A DNA stretch of 64,000 nucleotides, from positions 196,190 through 260,189 of the forward strand of contig CAZSKK010000001.1 of assembly GCA_964607415.1 (NCBI GenBank), read 5' to 3'. Below, in pieces: positions 28,658-39,273 of the stretch. The translations under genes were made by a program, and so were the position numbers. Positions within the stretch are counted from its first letter, which is position 1; each line of letters begins with the position of its first letter. The stretch comes from an uncultured Candidatus Saccharibacteria bacterium (GTDB lineage: Bacteria > Patescibacteriota > Dojkabacteria > J137). The notes beneath the pieces were generated by a model, which worked only from the letters and a program-made list of their open reading frames with translations, made no database searches and was not told the origin of the DNA.

Positions 28658-28947
28658 AAGAAGATTTTAATTTTAGTTGAAGCAGTAGTCTAGTAAAGTT
28701 GAATTTACTAGTATTGTTCACAATAAAGAACTAAGGCCATCTTGTATTCAGTTAAAGTTGAATGATCAAAATTTTCATCTTCTAAAACCTTACTAAAAAT
28801 TTCTAGAGTTTGGTATGCATAAAAAGGACTGTTCTTAAAAAGAAAGACAAAACTTGCTAAATCTTCATGTAAATCCTCAACAATCCCGTACTGCGTTAGA
28901 AAATCAGCAATTTCGTAAACTTTGCTTTTTAAACTTGAGGAATTACC

Positions 28948-29493
28948 TTAATGATAATCTTTAACCATGATAAACGTATCAGAAAGAATTCTTTTGAAAG
29001 TTCCAGTTAGATCTTTTAAGCCGAATTTTGTTAGGCTTGTATTAGTTACTGTCACTAAATTTTGAACAAAGTCGTTACTTCGAATCATTTTCCTGAATTT
29101 ATCCCTATCTATTAAACCATTTTGAGCATGAATAATTAAAGATGCAACATGGGGATCGTTTAAAACTAAGTGTCTAAAATAAACTGTGTCAATCTTTTGA
29201 ATAAAAACCCTACAGCAGTTCTCTGCAACTAAATGATATTTATCTAACTCTTCGCCATCTAGATCAAAAGCTTGCAATGTTTTATGGACATGTGAAAATA
29301 TTGTCTTGGTGTGGACCAACTCTCCTTCTTCCAGTTTAGTCTTAACAATATCCCTAATAACGCTAGTAAAATATTGTTCAGGATTTTCGATTAGTTGCTG
29401 AGGTTTAAATTGATTAAATTTTGATGGATCTGAATCGTTCATTGGAGGATTATACCAGATATTGCCAATGTATATGAAAGGCCGAGAAAGCAT
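28948..29493 (-). CDS. Hypothetical protein
   Basis: 181-aa ORF. Confidence 0.4.
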   Translation of the reverse strand: MLSRPFIYIGNIWYNPPMNDSDPSKFNQFKPQQLIENPEQYFTSVIRDIVKTKLEEGELVHTKTIFSHVHKTLQAFDLDGEELDKYHLVAENCCRVFIQKIDTVYFRHLVLNDPHVASLIIHAQNGLIDRDKFRKMIRSNDFVQNLVTVTNTSLTKFGLKDLTGTFKRILSDTFIMVKDYH

Positions 29494-29501
29494 TTATAGG
29501 C

Positions 29502-29702
29502 TTATTTTTTATATTCCAAGATATCTCCTGGCTGACAATCTAATGCTTTACAAATCTCCTCTAATGTCGAGAGTCTAATAGCTTTAGCTTTTCCATTTTT
29601 TAGAATCGAAATATTTGCCATAGTTATTCCAACTTTCGCGGCAAGCTCAGTCACACTCATTTTTCTTTTGGCAAGCATTACATCAATATTTATTATAATC
29701 AT
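29502..29702 (-). CDS. XRE-family (Cro/C1-type) HTH transcriptional regulator, YozG-like
   Basis: MSVTELAAKVGITMANISILKNGKAKAIRLSTLEEICKALDCQPGDIL. Confidence 0.75.
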   Translation of the reverse strand: MIIINIDVMLAKRKMSVTELAAKVGITMANISILKNGKAKAIRLSTLEEICKALDCQPGDILEYKK

Positions 29703-29712
29703 GATACTTTAT

Positions 29713-30189
29713 TTAAACAGTTAACTCGTTTTCGGATTTAATATCTGCGCCATTTTCCAAAAGTTTTTGAAAAACAATAGTTGCTGCTACAACAACAAAG
29801 ATTGCAAAAATTACATAAATGCCTAAAGCCACTGGGCCTGAACCGTCCTCTTCGCCCCAGAAAGATATGTATGATATTGCAACTGCAATAAAGATGATTA
29901 ATGCCAACGAGTAATATCTAATATTTCTTACACACTTTATGGATGGTTTGGTGAAAATTTTATTTGCCTCAATATAACCTATTAATTTAAATACCTGGTA
30001 CAGTGCTAAAAAAAATGGAGTTGATCCTATGTAAACAAACCACAAAAATGGATCTTTTAAATAAATTTCCAGTAATGTTGCATCCACGTTTCTACCTTCT
30101 AAGTGTGGGAAGATAAGCATTCCAATAAGAGCAGCTATACCAATAAGTAAGATTACTAGCTTAAGGAATAAAGTTGATGATGGCTTCAT
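29713..30189 (-). CDS. DUF2975-like integral membrane protein (usual partner of YozG-like HTH)
   Basis: Four TM helices. Immediately upstream of, and co-oriented with, the XRE gene. Confidence 0.5.
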   Translation of the reverse strand: MKPSSTLFLKLVILLIGIAALIGMLIFPHLEGRNVDATLLEIYLKDPFLWFVYIGSTPFFLALYQVFKLIGYIEANKIFTKPSIKCVRNIRYYSLALIIFIAVAISYISFWGEEDGSGPVALGIYVIFAIFVVVAATIVFQKLLENGADIKSENELTV

Positions 30190-30353
30190 GCGATAAAATT
30201 AATATTTAATAAGTTAATTTATCATATTAAATATTATATTACAACAAAAATATATTGAATTACAACAAATGGTTTATTATTTGCATTTGAACAAGCAAGG
30301 TAATTACACTTTAAAACTAATACTCTGGCTGTTATAATAGCATGAACTTTGAT

Positions 30354-30426
30354 GGTGGTCGTAGCTCAATGGTGGAGCACCTGTTTGTGGAACAGGGGGT
30401 TGAGGGTTCGAGCCCCTCCGACTACC
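30354..30426 (+). tRNA. tRNA-His (anticodon GTG) with encoded G-1
   Basis: G-1 plus GTGGTCG TA GCTCAATGGTGGAGC A CCTGT TTGTGGA ACAGG GGGTT GAGGG TTCGAGC CCCTC CGACTAC C. Confidence 0.75.
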
Positions 30427-30457
30427 CCAAAACTACACACCATCTACCCTCGCAACT

Positions 30458-30895
30458 CTACTCTCCTTCCTTCCACAATATCCTATCAATAGGCCCATTC
30501 TTCGATTTTTCTTTTATATTCATATACGATTGTTGAAGAATTTGTTCAAGAATCGGAAGCCTGATATCGTTAAGTGTTTTAATATAAATGCAATATCCTG
30601 TAATTGTATGCTTACCCAAGTTTTCTAATAGCTTAGCATAACGCGCAGTACCATCCATCATGTAAATAGTAATTTTACCCTTTCTTGGATAAAACCCAAT
30701 AATAAGACCATCACCTTCTCTTCCACTTTTGTACTTATAATGGTAGGTATCAAATCCTATTGTTCCTACATTCCAAAGTTTTGGTTCTTGGCCACTTATT
30801 TTCTTCATTATTTTAAGTAGCACTTGTGAATCTTTTATAGTTTGCTCATCATTTAGTGAAGCTATATATGTGGTTACTGTATGGCTATTACTCAT
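30458..30895 (-). CDS. DUF1801 (YdhG-like) domain protein
   Basis: 145 aa. Overlaps the upstream gene by 4 nt. Confidence 0.4.
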   Translation of the reverse strand: MSNSHTVTTYIASLNDEQTIKDSQVLLKIMKKISGQEPKLWNVGTIGFDTYHYKYKSGREGDGLIIGFYPRKGKITIYMMDGTARYAKLLENLGKHTITGYCIYIKTLNDIRLPILEQILQQSYMNIKEKSKNGPIDRILWKEGE

Positions 30896-31446
30896 GCTTT
30901 ATTATACTGTAAATGTACAAATCCATTTTCAAATTTTTCTAGGCTAACCAACTTAAGATTAACTCTAGTATCTTTTGGTAGCCAATGATTACCATTCCCA
31001 ATTATTTGTGGAACAATAATTTGATGATATTCATCTACTATATTAGCTCTTATTGCCTCCGCAGCTAAATGCGGTCCTCCAATATCAAAATCTTTATTTG
31101 ATTCTTTAACCATTTTCTGAACGATTTTGGGATCAAATGAATGCTCAATTATTGCATTTGCAATTTCGAGTTTTTTAAGCGAAGTTGAGTAAACTATCTT
31201 TTTTGTTGAACGCCAAATTCTAGCATAATCATTCATTGCTGGACTTGTTTCATCAGTTGGAATAGTATCCCATACTTTCATAACCGCATACATTTTCCTG
31301 CCAATAAGTGAAGTTCCAACATTGCGGACAGTATCATTTACAAATGAATGTACTTCTTCTGTTGGCATTGCCCAATCAAAATTACCGTTTTGATCTGCAA
31401 CAAAACCATCTAATGATGTTGTGATTAAGTATACTAATTTACCCAT
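30892..31446 (-). CDS. RibD C-terminal-domain / dihydrofolate reductase-like family protein
   Basis: MGKLVYLITTSLDGFVADQNGNFDW is the PF01872 hallmark. Confidence 0.65.
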   Translation of the reverse strand: MGKLVYLITTSLDGFVADQNGNFDWAMPTEEVHSFVNDTVRNVGTSLIGRKMYAVMKVWDTIPTDETSPAMNDYARIWRSTKKIVYSTSLKKLEIANAIIEHSFDPKIVQKMVKESNKDFDIGGPHLAAEAIRANIVDEYHQIIVPQIIGNGNHWLPKDTRVNLKLVSLEKFENGFVHLQYNKA

Positions 31447-31470
31447 TTCTATATTGCTGGATTTATAATT

Positions 31471-31656
31471 TTACATCGCTAAATGTACCATTAGTTCATA
31501 TACAACAAATGCTGGCCAAACAAGAGCTTTTAAAACTCCAACTAAGCCTTCTCCAAAAGTTGAAGCTTCCGAAATGTAATATACCAATGCTCCAATTAAC
31601 CCAAGGCCATAAACTGCACCTGAAGAAGCATTGTTTTGAACCACAGTTCTTGACAT
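31471..31656 (-). CDS. Small membrane protein
   Basis: 61 aa with two hydrophobic helices (YGLGLIGALVYY...). Confidence 0.35.
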   Translation of the reverse strand: MSRTVVQNNASSGAVYGLGLIGALVYYISEASTFGEGLVGVLKALVWPAFVVYELMVHLAM

Positions 31657-31761
31657 TTTGTAAATAATAAAAAATAGTATTTAAAATTACAATTAAATAC
31701 TATACCTAAAGAATTTGAGTGTAAAGTTGTAGAAGTATAAAAAGTCTTTTGTACCTGCCCT

Positions 31762-34700
31762 CTAATACAAATTTTTTTTCAAATTTTTTAAAGCTTGTTC
31801 TATTTTTACAGCTTTTTCTTCAAGTTGAAGCTCATTTTTATAAATTCCTAGTGCATTTTCTAAATTTAAAATTGCAGTTTTAATGTCTCCGTCAGTTTCT
31901 GCAAGTTCACCTAGATATATTAATTCTTCTGCAATTTGAATTGTGACCTTTTTATCCCTATTTTGACAGCCTAAGCTATTGAGTAATTGCTCCCTTGCTG
32001 TATAGTAATCACCTAACATGGCGTGTGATTTTGCAAGCCAAAGATAGTTAAGTGATAAGTTTTGCCATCTTCTTTCTGTATCTATGTTTGGCGCATCTGA
32101 TTCCAAAAAACCAATATTTATTTGCAAAAGTTCAATAGCTGTTTGATACTCTCCCAAATCATAGTTGCATTTTGCAATCTGATATTCTGCAGCAATTCTT
32201 CTAGATGTATTAGTATTATAATCAAGATTTATGCATTGCTGATAAAGATATATAGCGGCATTCAGATCTATTTTCGATTTCCTGTAAAATTCAGCCCATT
32301 TGAAATATTCACTTCCAATTGAATGGTCTGTTCTACCCGCTTGAGTCATAAACTCAACTTTTTCCAAAATGTAGTCTTCAAGTTTTTCTTTAATTGAAAT
32401 GTCGAAGCGATTAGCCTCAAGAGCATTACTATAGTTTGATAAAACTTTATCTAAACTATACAATATACTTCTTAAGTTATGTGCCAAATTTTTCCTATGC
32501 TGTAATCCTTGTTCATGTGCTCTTGCTGCTGCGTAAAAATCACCACGGTTGCTATAAAGTTCTGCAAGTGCTTCAAAAATATAAGGAGCAAATCGGTAAT
32601 CATTTGTTTCAAATAAGTCGGATAAGCTTGCTTCAAAATATGTAAGTGCAGTCTCTTCATTTCCCAGTGCATACTCATTCTTTCCTAAATTAAATTCTAC
32701 AAATGCTTTTGTTTTTAAATCGTTGCTGCTTTCCGCAATCGCATAGGCCTCTATTAATGCATCGTTTGCCTGTGCATACATACTTAATTCTGTGTAAGAT
32801 CGGCCTAAATTATTTAAGGTATGTGCTTTGGATCTTCCTGTATCGCTGTAGTTTAGAGCCAATTGAAAATCTGCTGTGGCTTTATCAAATTGTTTTAACT
32901 TATGATAAGTTTCACCGCGTTCATTTAAGAACAAATTTAAGTCATTTTCATTGGCAGATTCGATTAATAAGTCTAGAATCTCTAGTGCTGATTCATACCT
33001 TTTGGTTTTAGCATATAGTTCTGCTAAGCCTGCGTAAATGTATTTTATTGGGCCTTGAATTTCATAATTATTTGGTGCTAAGTCTATAGCTTTTTGGTAT
33101 TCGTGAATTGCGTCAGAATACATTCCTAGTTCTTGGTACACTTGTGCAATTTTGCCTATTGCGTACATAACCATATCCAAATTCCCACGACCTGATTCAT
33201 AAACAATATCTATACTTCTTTGATAAGCTTCTATTGCCTCTGGCATCCGGCCTTGCATGGTATATAACTCTCCCAATTGAGAGTATGTGTAGGATAGCTC
33301 TTTGCCATTTTTCAGCTCGGTAGATAAATTTAAGGCTTTCATGGCGTACTCAAATCCCATATCTATGTTATTAGCTTCAATGTAGGCTGTAGATAGATCA
33401 TTGTAAATTCTAATTCTGTCATATCTTTCGCCTACTTCCCATTCTGTAATTAATGCTAGATTGGCTTCAAGATAATTAATTGCTGCGCCTGGGTTTGTTC
33501 TTTTTTGCAAATTACCAAGTCCTTTTTGAAGGTCATACCTAAGTTCTATGAGATGCGTATCGGTTTCTTTTAGATATCCCAATCCCTTTATGTATGCAGT
33601 AATTGCTGCTCCTTTGTCTCCATCTTCTTCATATCTTTTGCCGCATTGAAAATAATATTCTACTCTTTCGCATCTGAAATAATTTGCCTTAACAACATAT
33701 GTGTTTATTTTTTCTTCAAGTTCTTCAGTATTAACCTGCGCAACATAACTACTTGTTATAGGATGTAAACAAATCACCCCAAATTCTGAGTATTCTATCA
33801 GCGATAGATTTTCAAGTTCCTCTAAAACCTTTTGAATATCATCGACATTGGAAAGATCTATTAACTCTAATTCAGTAGCTCCACTTGGAAATAAGCTAAG
33901 GCTAGTTAGCAAACTTTTAGCACTGTCACTAAGCGATTTATATAAATTTTCAAAGCAATATCTTGCAAGTTCAGATTGACCGTAAAGATTAAAATCTTGT
34001 TCAATTTCAAAAATGGTTTTGTCGCTTCTTGCAATATCCGAAACAACCCAATTAATTACTGTTGGAAGACCTTTGGTAAACATGTATATTCTTTGAATAT
34101 CATTTTGAGTAAGACTTTTTTTTGCATTTTTATTGTTGCTATCCCATACTTGTCTGATTAATTCCTTTGAAGCTCTTTCAGTTAAAGGGGGGACTGCTAC
34201 TTCAACACCCAAGTTCTGGGGTCTAGTAGATGTAACAATTATTTTTACATTAGGAAAGTTGCTTGCAAATTTTAAAAATTCAACCACTTGATCATCAACT
34301 GTATCAATGTCGTCAATTATAAAAAGTGCTTTTTCATTATTTGCAAAACAGGAATTTTTTACAGCAATTATTCGATCTTCAATTGAAACATTTTCGCTAA
34401 AAGCTGAATTACCATAGAATGTTGAAATTTGAGTTAATATACGACTTAATGTGTTTCCTAAATCATCTTTTGGGGTTGGTATGACTGAGTTTGTAGAAAT
34501 ACTTTCATCCCTAGCTGACAAAAATAGTATATACTTAAACGTTTCTTGGTCAGGAACTATCTGAGCGTTATCTTTAAATTCATATGCTATTTGTTTTGCT
34601 AATTCGGTTAGACCAACCGCAGGATGTCCACAAAGTTCAATAATCGATACATTAGGATCGTTAAGCATGCTTTCTACTTCTTTATTAATATCATTCCTTC

Positions 34701-35382
34701 TTAGAGGTGTTTCAGGACGTTTATATAAGTTAAGTTTTGGAAATTTTTCCTGCATTTCATCGGGATTAGATTGCATGTTAATCAAATCTATCAATTTTCT
34801 ATTAGTATCTGTTGTTGTTTCTTCAATTATGTTTAGTTTTGGTAGCACCTCAGCGTCTAATATGTTGATCGTATCTTCGTGTCTGGCTACAATTTCAGGG
34901 TGCATTTCATTCAAACGTTCCAAGACAGTATTTACTTCTCTTAGTATTTCATCTTCAAATTGAGCATGTAAAATTGCAGCATCATCAAGCTTGTGGCTTA
35001 TAACTCTTACAAATCTTCTGATTTCTTCATCGTTAATGTTTTTACCTTCAGCTACTTTCCCCAATATGTTTCCTGTTGCTTCACCAATAAGGCTCATTAC
35101 AAGATCTTTTGCAGGTTGACTAAGTGCTATGCCTGCAAGAACCGCTGGTGGTGGGACACCTATAAGTACACTTGCGCCTAACGCAATAAGTGATACATTA
35201 ATAACTTGTGCTGCTTTTGCTGGAGCTATATCTTTAACTCTGTCTAAAAAACTCAAAACGTTTTCGGTTCTTGCTAAATTTTCCGATTCACCAGAAGAAG
35301 AATTAAACCCGCCTCTACCACCATCTGGCGCCAGAAATATTTGAAAGATGTCATTATCCATAAGTGAGGGTTTATAATTCAC
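31762..35382 (-). CDS. STAND NTPase (NB-ARC-like, degenerate Walker A) with long C-terminal TPR array and N-terminal hydrophobic domain
   Basis: GHPAVGLTEL sits where GxxxxGK[ST] is expected. Walker B is LFIIDDID. GLPTVINWV resembles the NB-ARC GLPL motif. Roughly 700 aa of TPR-like repeats. N-terminal VINVSLIALGASVLIGVPPPAVLAGIAL. Confidence 0.6.
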   Translation of the reverse strand: MNYKPSLMDNDIFQIFLAPDGGRGGFNSSSGESENLARTENVLSFLDRVKDIAPAKAAQVINVSLIALGASVLIGVPPPAVLAGIALSQPAKDLVMSLIGEATGNILGKVAEGKNINDEEIRRFVRVISHKLDDAAILHAQFEDEILREVNTVLERLNEMHPEIVARHEDTINILDAEVLPKLNIIEETTTDTNRKLIDLINMQSNPDEMQEKFPKLNLYKRPETPLRRNDINKEVESMLNDPNVSIIELCGHPAVGLTELAKQIAYEFKDNAQIVPDQETFKYILFLSARDESISTNSVIPTPKDDLGNTLSRILTQISTFYGNSAFSENVSIEDRIIAVKNSCFANNEKALFIIDDIDTVDDQVVEFLKFASNFPNVKIIVTSTRPQNLGVEVAVPPLTERASKELIRQVWDSNNKNAKKSLTQNDIQRIYMFTKGLPTVINWVVSDIARSDKTIFEIEQDFNLYGQSELARYCFENLYKSLSDSAKSLLTSLSLFPSGATELELIDLSNVDDIQKVLEELENLSLIEYSEFGVICLHPITSSYVAQVNTEELEEKINTYVVKANYFRCERVEYYFQCGKRYEEDGDKGAAITAYIKGLGYLKETDTHLIELRYDLQKGLGNLQKRTNPGAAINYLEANLALITEWEVGERYDRIRIYNDLSTAYIEANNIDMGFEYAMKALNLSTELKNGKELSYTYSQLGELYTMQGRMPEAIEAYQRSIDIVYESGRGNLDMVMYAIGKIAQVYQELGMYSDAIHEYQKAIDLAPNNYEIQGPIKYIYAGLAELYAKTKRYESALEILDLLIESANENDLNLFLNERGETYHKLKQFDKATADFQLALNYSDTGRSKAHTLNNLGRSYTELSMYAQANDALIEAYAIAESSNDLKTKAFVEFNLGKNEYALGNEETALTYFEASLSDLFETNDYRFAPYIFEALAELYSNRGDFYAAARAHEQGLQHRKNLAHNLRSILYSLDKVLSNYSNALEANRFDISIKEKLEDYILEKVEFMTQAGRTDHSIGSEYFKWAEFYRKSKIDLNAAIYLYQQCINLDYNTNTSRRIAAEYQIAKCNYDLGEYQTAIELLQINIGFLESDAPNIDTERRWQNLSLNYLWLAKSHAMLGDYYTAREQLLNSLGCQNRDKKVTIQIAEELIYLGELAETDGDIKTAILNLENALGIYKNELQLEEKAVKIEQALKNLKKNLY

Positions 35383-35662
35383 GGAATTTTAACACAAAAA
35401 ATACTCAAATATATAAAATATAATGCAAAGTAAGCTAAACAGTTAACGGTATTAAAATCTAATAATTAATTCCCCAATTACTGGCGGCAATCAAATAAAA
35501 TGAGATTAAAAGCTTTATGATTGTTTATTTATAAATATATTAAAGAGTTGTATTTATTATAAATCTTCCAGAACATTTTGACGTACTATTCAACTCTCTA
35601 AAAAACTATGTGATAATGACGCATGGCAGCTACTGTCATTTTATATTTTTTAAACCCTTTAT

Positions 35663-36532
35663 ATGTGGATTCTTCTTTCGGTGCTCTCAACAATAAGCCT
35701 TTCAAGTAAAAATTTGCTAAGTAAATTTGGCGCCGGCAAAACAAATGAATATGTAAATATGTGGGCAATGGCTTTTTTTACTTTACCTGTTGCTGGAATT
35801 GCATTGTTATTTAGTGATTTTGAAATATCTGACAACAAGTTTTGGCTTTTGATTGGTCTAAGAATAATTCTTGAAAGCATTGCATTAGTAGCTTTTTTTA
35901 GAGCTTTAAAATTTAAATCGGCATCTTTTGTTATTTCAATAATGTCGCTTCAGCCTGCTTTAACAATAATCACTACTTTTTTTATAAGCGACCAGAAAGT
36001 TCCTTTACTTGGAATTGGTGCAATTTTGGTAATTGTTGCTGCAAACTTTATGCTTTTTCAGTCTGAAAAAAAGTTAACAAATAAAGAAGATATGCCCAAC
36101 CTAATTAAGGCTACTCTTCTAATATTTACCACTACTTTGCTGTTTAGTGTTTTGGATCCATTGCATGGAGAGATAATTGAAGTTTCAAATCAATTTACAT
36201 ACTTTTTTGTAAGTGAGCTTTGCTTTACTGTTGTTTACAGTATTTTAGTTGGAGCTAGATTTAGAAAGGAATTTAAGCAAACATTCTCTAATAAAAAGAA
36301 TGGTTTATTAATTGCAGGAATTGGTGTTTCATTTGGGTTTGAACTTTTAACTTTGTTTGGAGCAATAACTTCAAGCGATTATGTTTCTTACGTTTCAGCA
36401 ATAAGAAGTGCAAATATTGCATTAACTGCAATACTTGCTTTCTTTTTGTTTAAGGAAAAATTAAGTAGACTTAAATTATTTTCAATAGCTCTTATGACTC
36501 TTGGGGTGTTGATCCTGGTCTTATCAAAGTAG
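35663..36532 (+). CDS. EamA/DMT-superfamily transporter
   Basis: Ten predicted TM segments in two EamA-like halves. Confidence 0.55.
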   Translation: MWILLSVLSTISLSSKNLLSKFGAGKTNEYVNMWAMAFFTLPVAGIALLFSDFEISDNKFWLLIGLRIILESIALVAFFRALKFKSASFVISIMSLQPALTIITTFFISDQKVPLLGIGAILVIVAANFMLFQSEKKLTNKEDMPNLIKATLLIFTTTLLFSVLDPLHGEIIEVSNQFTYFFVSELCFTVVYSILVGARFRKEFKQTFSNKKNGLLIAGIGVSFGFELLTLFGAITSSDYVSYVSAIRSANIALTAILAFFLFKEKLSRLKLFSIALMTLGVLILVLSK

Positions 36533-36535
36533 ATA

Positions 36536-36964
36536 CTAGTTAAAGTAGTTGGTTCTAGAATTTATTCTGGCTAGTTTATCTGCAAAGTAATAATGGCAAT
36601 TTTTAAGAACGCCTAAAGTTGATAGCCAAATTCTCTGAATATCTTCAGGGGTTTTACTTGCCTTGGGCGTATACAAGCTAGAATAATAACCACTATATCC
36701 AAAAGAAGATTCTGCAGTCTGTTTTAGCTGCTCTAGAACTCTCACAAGCATACCTAAACTATTGTTATTAAAAGCAACCTCTAGATCAGAAATCAGAATA
36801 GTTGCTGATTGTTCAATGTCAAGGTTAGGTTCTGATCTACTTACAAAATTTTTTACTGACTCCATTAAAAATCCACTCAAAAGTTTTTCGTTTTCCATAT
36901 CTAAAATTGATTTTAATACTTCAGGTTGAATAATTTGAGTATTGCCAGATTCTTTGTTTTCCAT
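36536..36964 (-). CDS. Hypothetical protein
   Basis: 142-aa ORF. Confidence 0.4.
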   Translation of the reverse strand: MENKESGNTQIIQPEVLKSILDMENEKLLSGFLMESVKNFVSRSEPNLDIEQSATILISDLEVAFNNNSLGMLVRVLEQLKQTAESSFGYSGYYSSLYTPKASKTPEDIQRIWLSTLGVLKNCHYYFADKLARINSRTNYFN

Positions 36965-37107
36965 TCTTCAAAATTTAAAAAATACTAAAAAGTTTAGCTT
37001 TTTAAAAAGCACGAGTCAACGATTTTAGACAATAAAAAATAATGACATTGCAAAATGGCAGAAAATATGTAAAATTTATTGTCCTTAATTTACAAGAATA
37101 ATTTTTT

Positions 37108-38454
37108 ATGCTAGCTGCTAAAGATGATAAAATACCAACAGTAAATGACAGTATTTATATTGTACCGTCAAGTAATGTTGGAACAAGAAGTGAAATTATT
37201 CATATTAATGGCAATGCTAATTATTTGGTAATCGATAGAAATAATCGAGATGGTTTTCCTTTTGAAACAATTTCAGAACGCGTACCGAGGATAATAAGTG
37301 ATGTTATTAAAAATAATGAAGGAATTTTGTCTCCAGATATAGTTTCTGAGCTACAAGCTTTGCATCAAGAAATAAGATCAGGTGAAATAATAAGAAAATT
37401 ACCAGAAGGTACACCTCCGCATATTTTAGACATGTGGAATGATTTACAAATTCAAATTACTGAAAATCAATTAACGTGGCACGATGCTTTACCTCTTTAT
37501 CCTATAGAAAAATATGTTTATACGCTCTTAAATGTAATAGCAAAACACCAGGATGCAAGATTTGATTTATTTGGATCACGTAAAGAACAGGAGTTTCAAA
37601 AACAAGAGTTTTGGGCTAATCTTCAGTTTTTCATTGCCGAATTAAATAATAAATCAAACGCAAAAGATAAGTTAGCATTGGCTCTTCAGGTTGCATTATA
37701 TGGAAATACAGGTGATTTTGCACATATAACTGGTGACATGGGTGATCATTGGCATGCGGATAACATAGTAATAAACCATAGTGATGAAATCGCTCTTTTA
37801 TTACTTCAGAACCCGGATGCGGATATTAGCATTATTGCTGATAATGCTCCAATAGAGCTTTATACCAACTTATGCTTGATAAAAACTTTATTGGAAACTG
37901 GTGGTTCTGATCGAAAAGTTACTTTTAACGTCAAAGGCATGCCTCTTCTTGTTAGCGATACAACTGCTGATGATGTAAATATTTTTATTAATAAACTTCA
38001 CGCTAAGGCATTCGAATCTAAACAAAATGAACTTGCAGAATTGTTCTTTTTTCTTGAAGAAAATATTAGAAACCACCAAATTATTATAAGGTCTGATAAT
38101 TATTGGAACAGTGGTAATAGGTCAGATCAGATATCTTCAAATATTAAAGAACAGTTAAGTGCAGCTGATTTTGTATTCTTTATGGGAGATATGAACTCAA
38201 GGTGGATGACTGAAGCCAACGGAGAACAAGCATTAGCGGAAATTAAAAAGTATTTAGGTTTCATTAAAAACTTAGTACGTATCGCTACGTTTAAAAGCCA
38301 AAATGCTAACTTTGGTGTTCCAGAGGAAATCTCACAACAACTTGAGGAGGAAATTCCAAGCTTTGCTAGGAAAGGTAAACATGGGGCTATTATGCATTTT
38401 AAGAAGGGTGTCCTTTCAGAAGGTAAGCATATTTTAAGTCTTGACGAACAATAA
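37108..38454 (+). CDS. DUF89/ARMT1-like (damage-control phosphatase family) protein
   Basis: IIADNAPIELYTNLCLIKTLL matches the DNxGxE motif. FFMGDMNSRW matches the KGDxNYR motif. Confidence 0.45.
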   Translation: MLAAKDDKIPTVNDSIYIVPSSNVGTRSEIIHINGNANYLVIDRNNRDGFPFETISERVPRIISDVIKNNEGILSPDIVSELQALHQEIRSGEIIRKLPEGTPPHILDMWNDLQIQITENQLTWHDALPLYPIEKYVYTLLNVIAKHQDARFDLFGSRKEQEFQKQEFWANLQFFIAELNNKSNAKDKLALALQVALYGNTGDFAHITGDMGDHWHADNIVINHSDEIALLLLQNPDADISIIADNAPIELYTNLCLIKTLLETGGSDRKVTFNVKGMPLLVSDTTADDVNIFINKLHAKAFESKQNELAELFFFLEENIRNHQIIIRSDNYWNSGNRSDQISSNIKEQLSAADFVFFMGDMNSRWMTEANGEQALAEIKKYLGFIKNLVRIATFKSQNANFGVPEEISQQLEEEIPSFARKGKHGAIMHFKKGVLSEGKHILSLDEQ

Positions 38455-38483
38455 AACAGAACTTTAATTTTTACAATAGATCT

Positions 38484-39236
38484 ATGAATGGACAAGAAAA
38501 CACAGTAGATCCTAATGACCATCAGGATCTTGAAAGAAACCAGCATCTTAGTTTTATGCAAACTTGTGAAGCTTATTGGGATCTTTTACCAAAGTATATA
38601 AAGGTTCAGGTATTTACTTATATTACAATTGCTACAATTGTCTATGGTGGTTTGTTTCTTACACGGGACGATGCACCAATGCTTAATCAGGTTTTCGATA
38701 CTCCAGCCAGAGTTTGGTCTTGCTCCAACAAAGGGAATGAATACACTTTAGTAGAGGTTAGATCAGAAAGAGATAGGTTAAATGTTTTGAAGGAATGGAT
38801 GATTGAGGGAGAAGCTGGCTCAACTTTTAGCTATAAGTTTCCTATTGAGGTTGAAAAAGGAGTACTTGATTTTCTTGAATTGCAAATAACAAAAAATTAT
38901 GTTGCTGGTGGAACTGTAGAATTCGAAGTTTCGCCTATTTTTACTGAAGAACGAGGATTTTACAAGCAAATTACTTTAGATACGGGTCGAAAAATTACGG
39001 TAACTGATTCAATAAATGCCATAAGAAGTATATTTGAAAGTAAGGATTTTGAGCAGGCAAAGAGATTATTTTATGTTATTCCACACAATGAATATGTCAC
39101 TAGATTTGAAATACTGCCAAATAACATTATTGTGGAGGACGAAGTAAATGGCTACAGTTGTGGTAGCCCAGCTTTGGCTAACGTGAGAAATGATATTAGT
39201 ATGGAAATAGGAAAAACAGTGCAGGTAAGTGAGTAA
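38484..39236 (+). CDS. Hypothetical membrane-anchored protein
   Basis: 250 aa with one TM. Confidence 0.4.
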   Translation: MNGQENTVDPNDHQDLERNQHLSFMQTCEAYWDLLPKYIKVQVFTYITIATIVYGGLFLTRDDAPMLNQVFDTPARVWSCSNKGNEYTLVEVRSERDRLNVLKEWMIEGEAGSTFSYKFPIEVEKGVLDFLELQITKNYVAGGTVEFEVSPIFTEERGFYKQITLDTGRKITVTDSINAIRSIFESKDFEQAKRLFYVIPHNEYVTRFEILPNNIIVEDEVNGYSCGSPALANVRNDISMEIGKTVQVSE

Positions 39237-39273
39237 AGTTTGAAATTCCCTTCCTGCAAGTTTATAATGCTTT

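Noticed and set aside
30342-30536. ORF 30342-30536 (+)
   Set aside because: It overlaps tRNA-His(GTG) entirely, so it is spurious.
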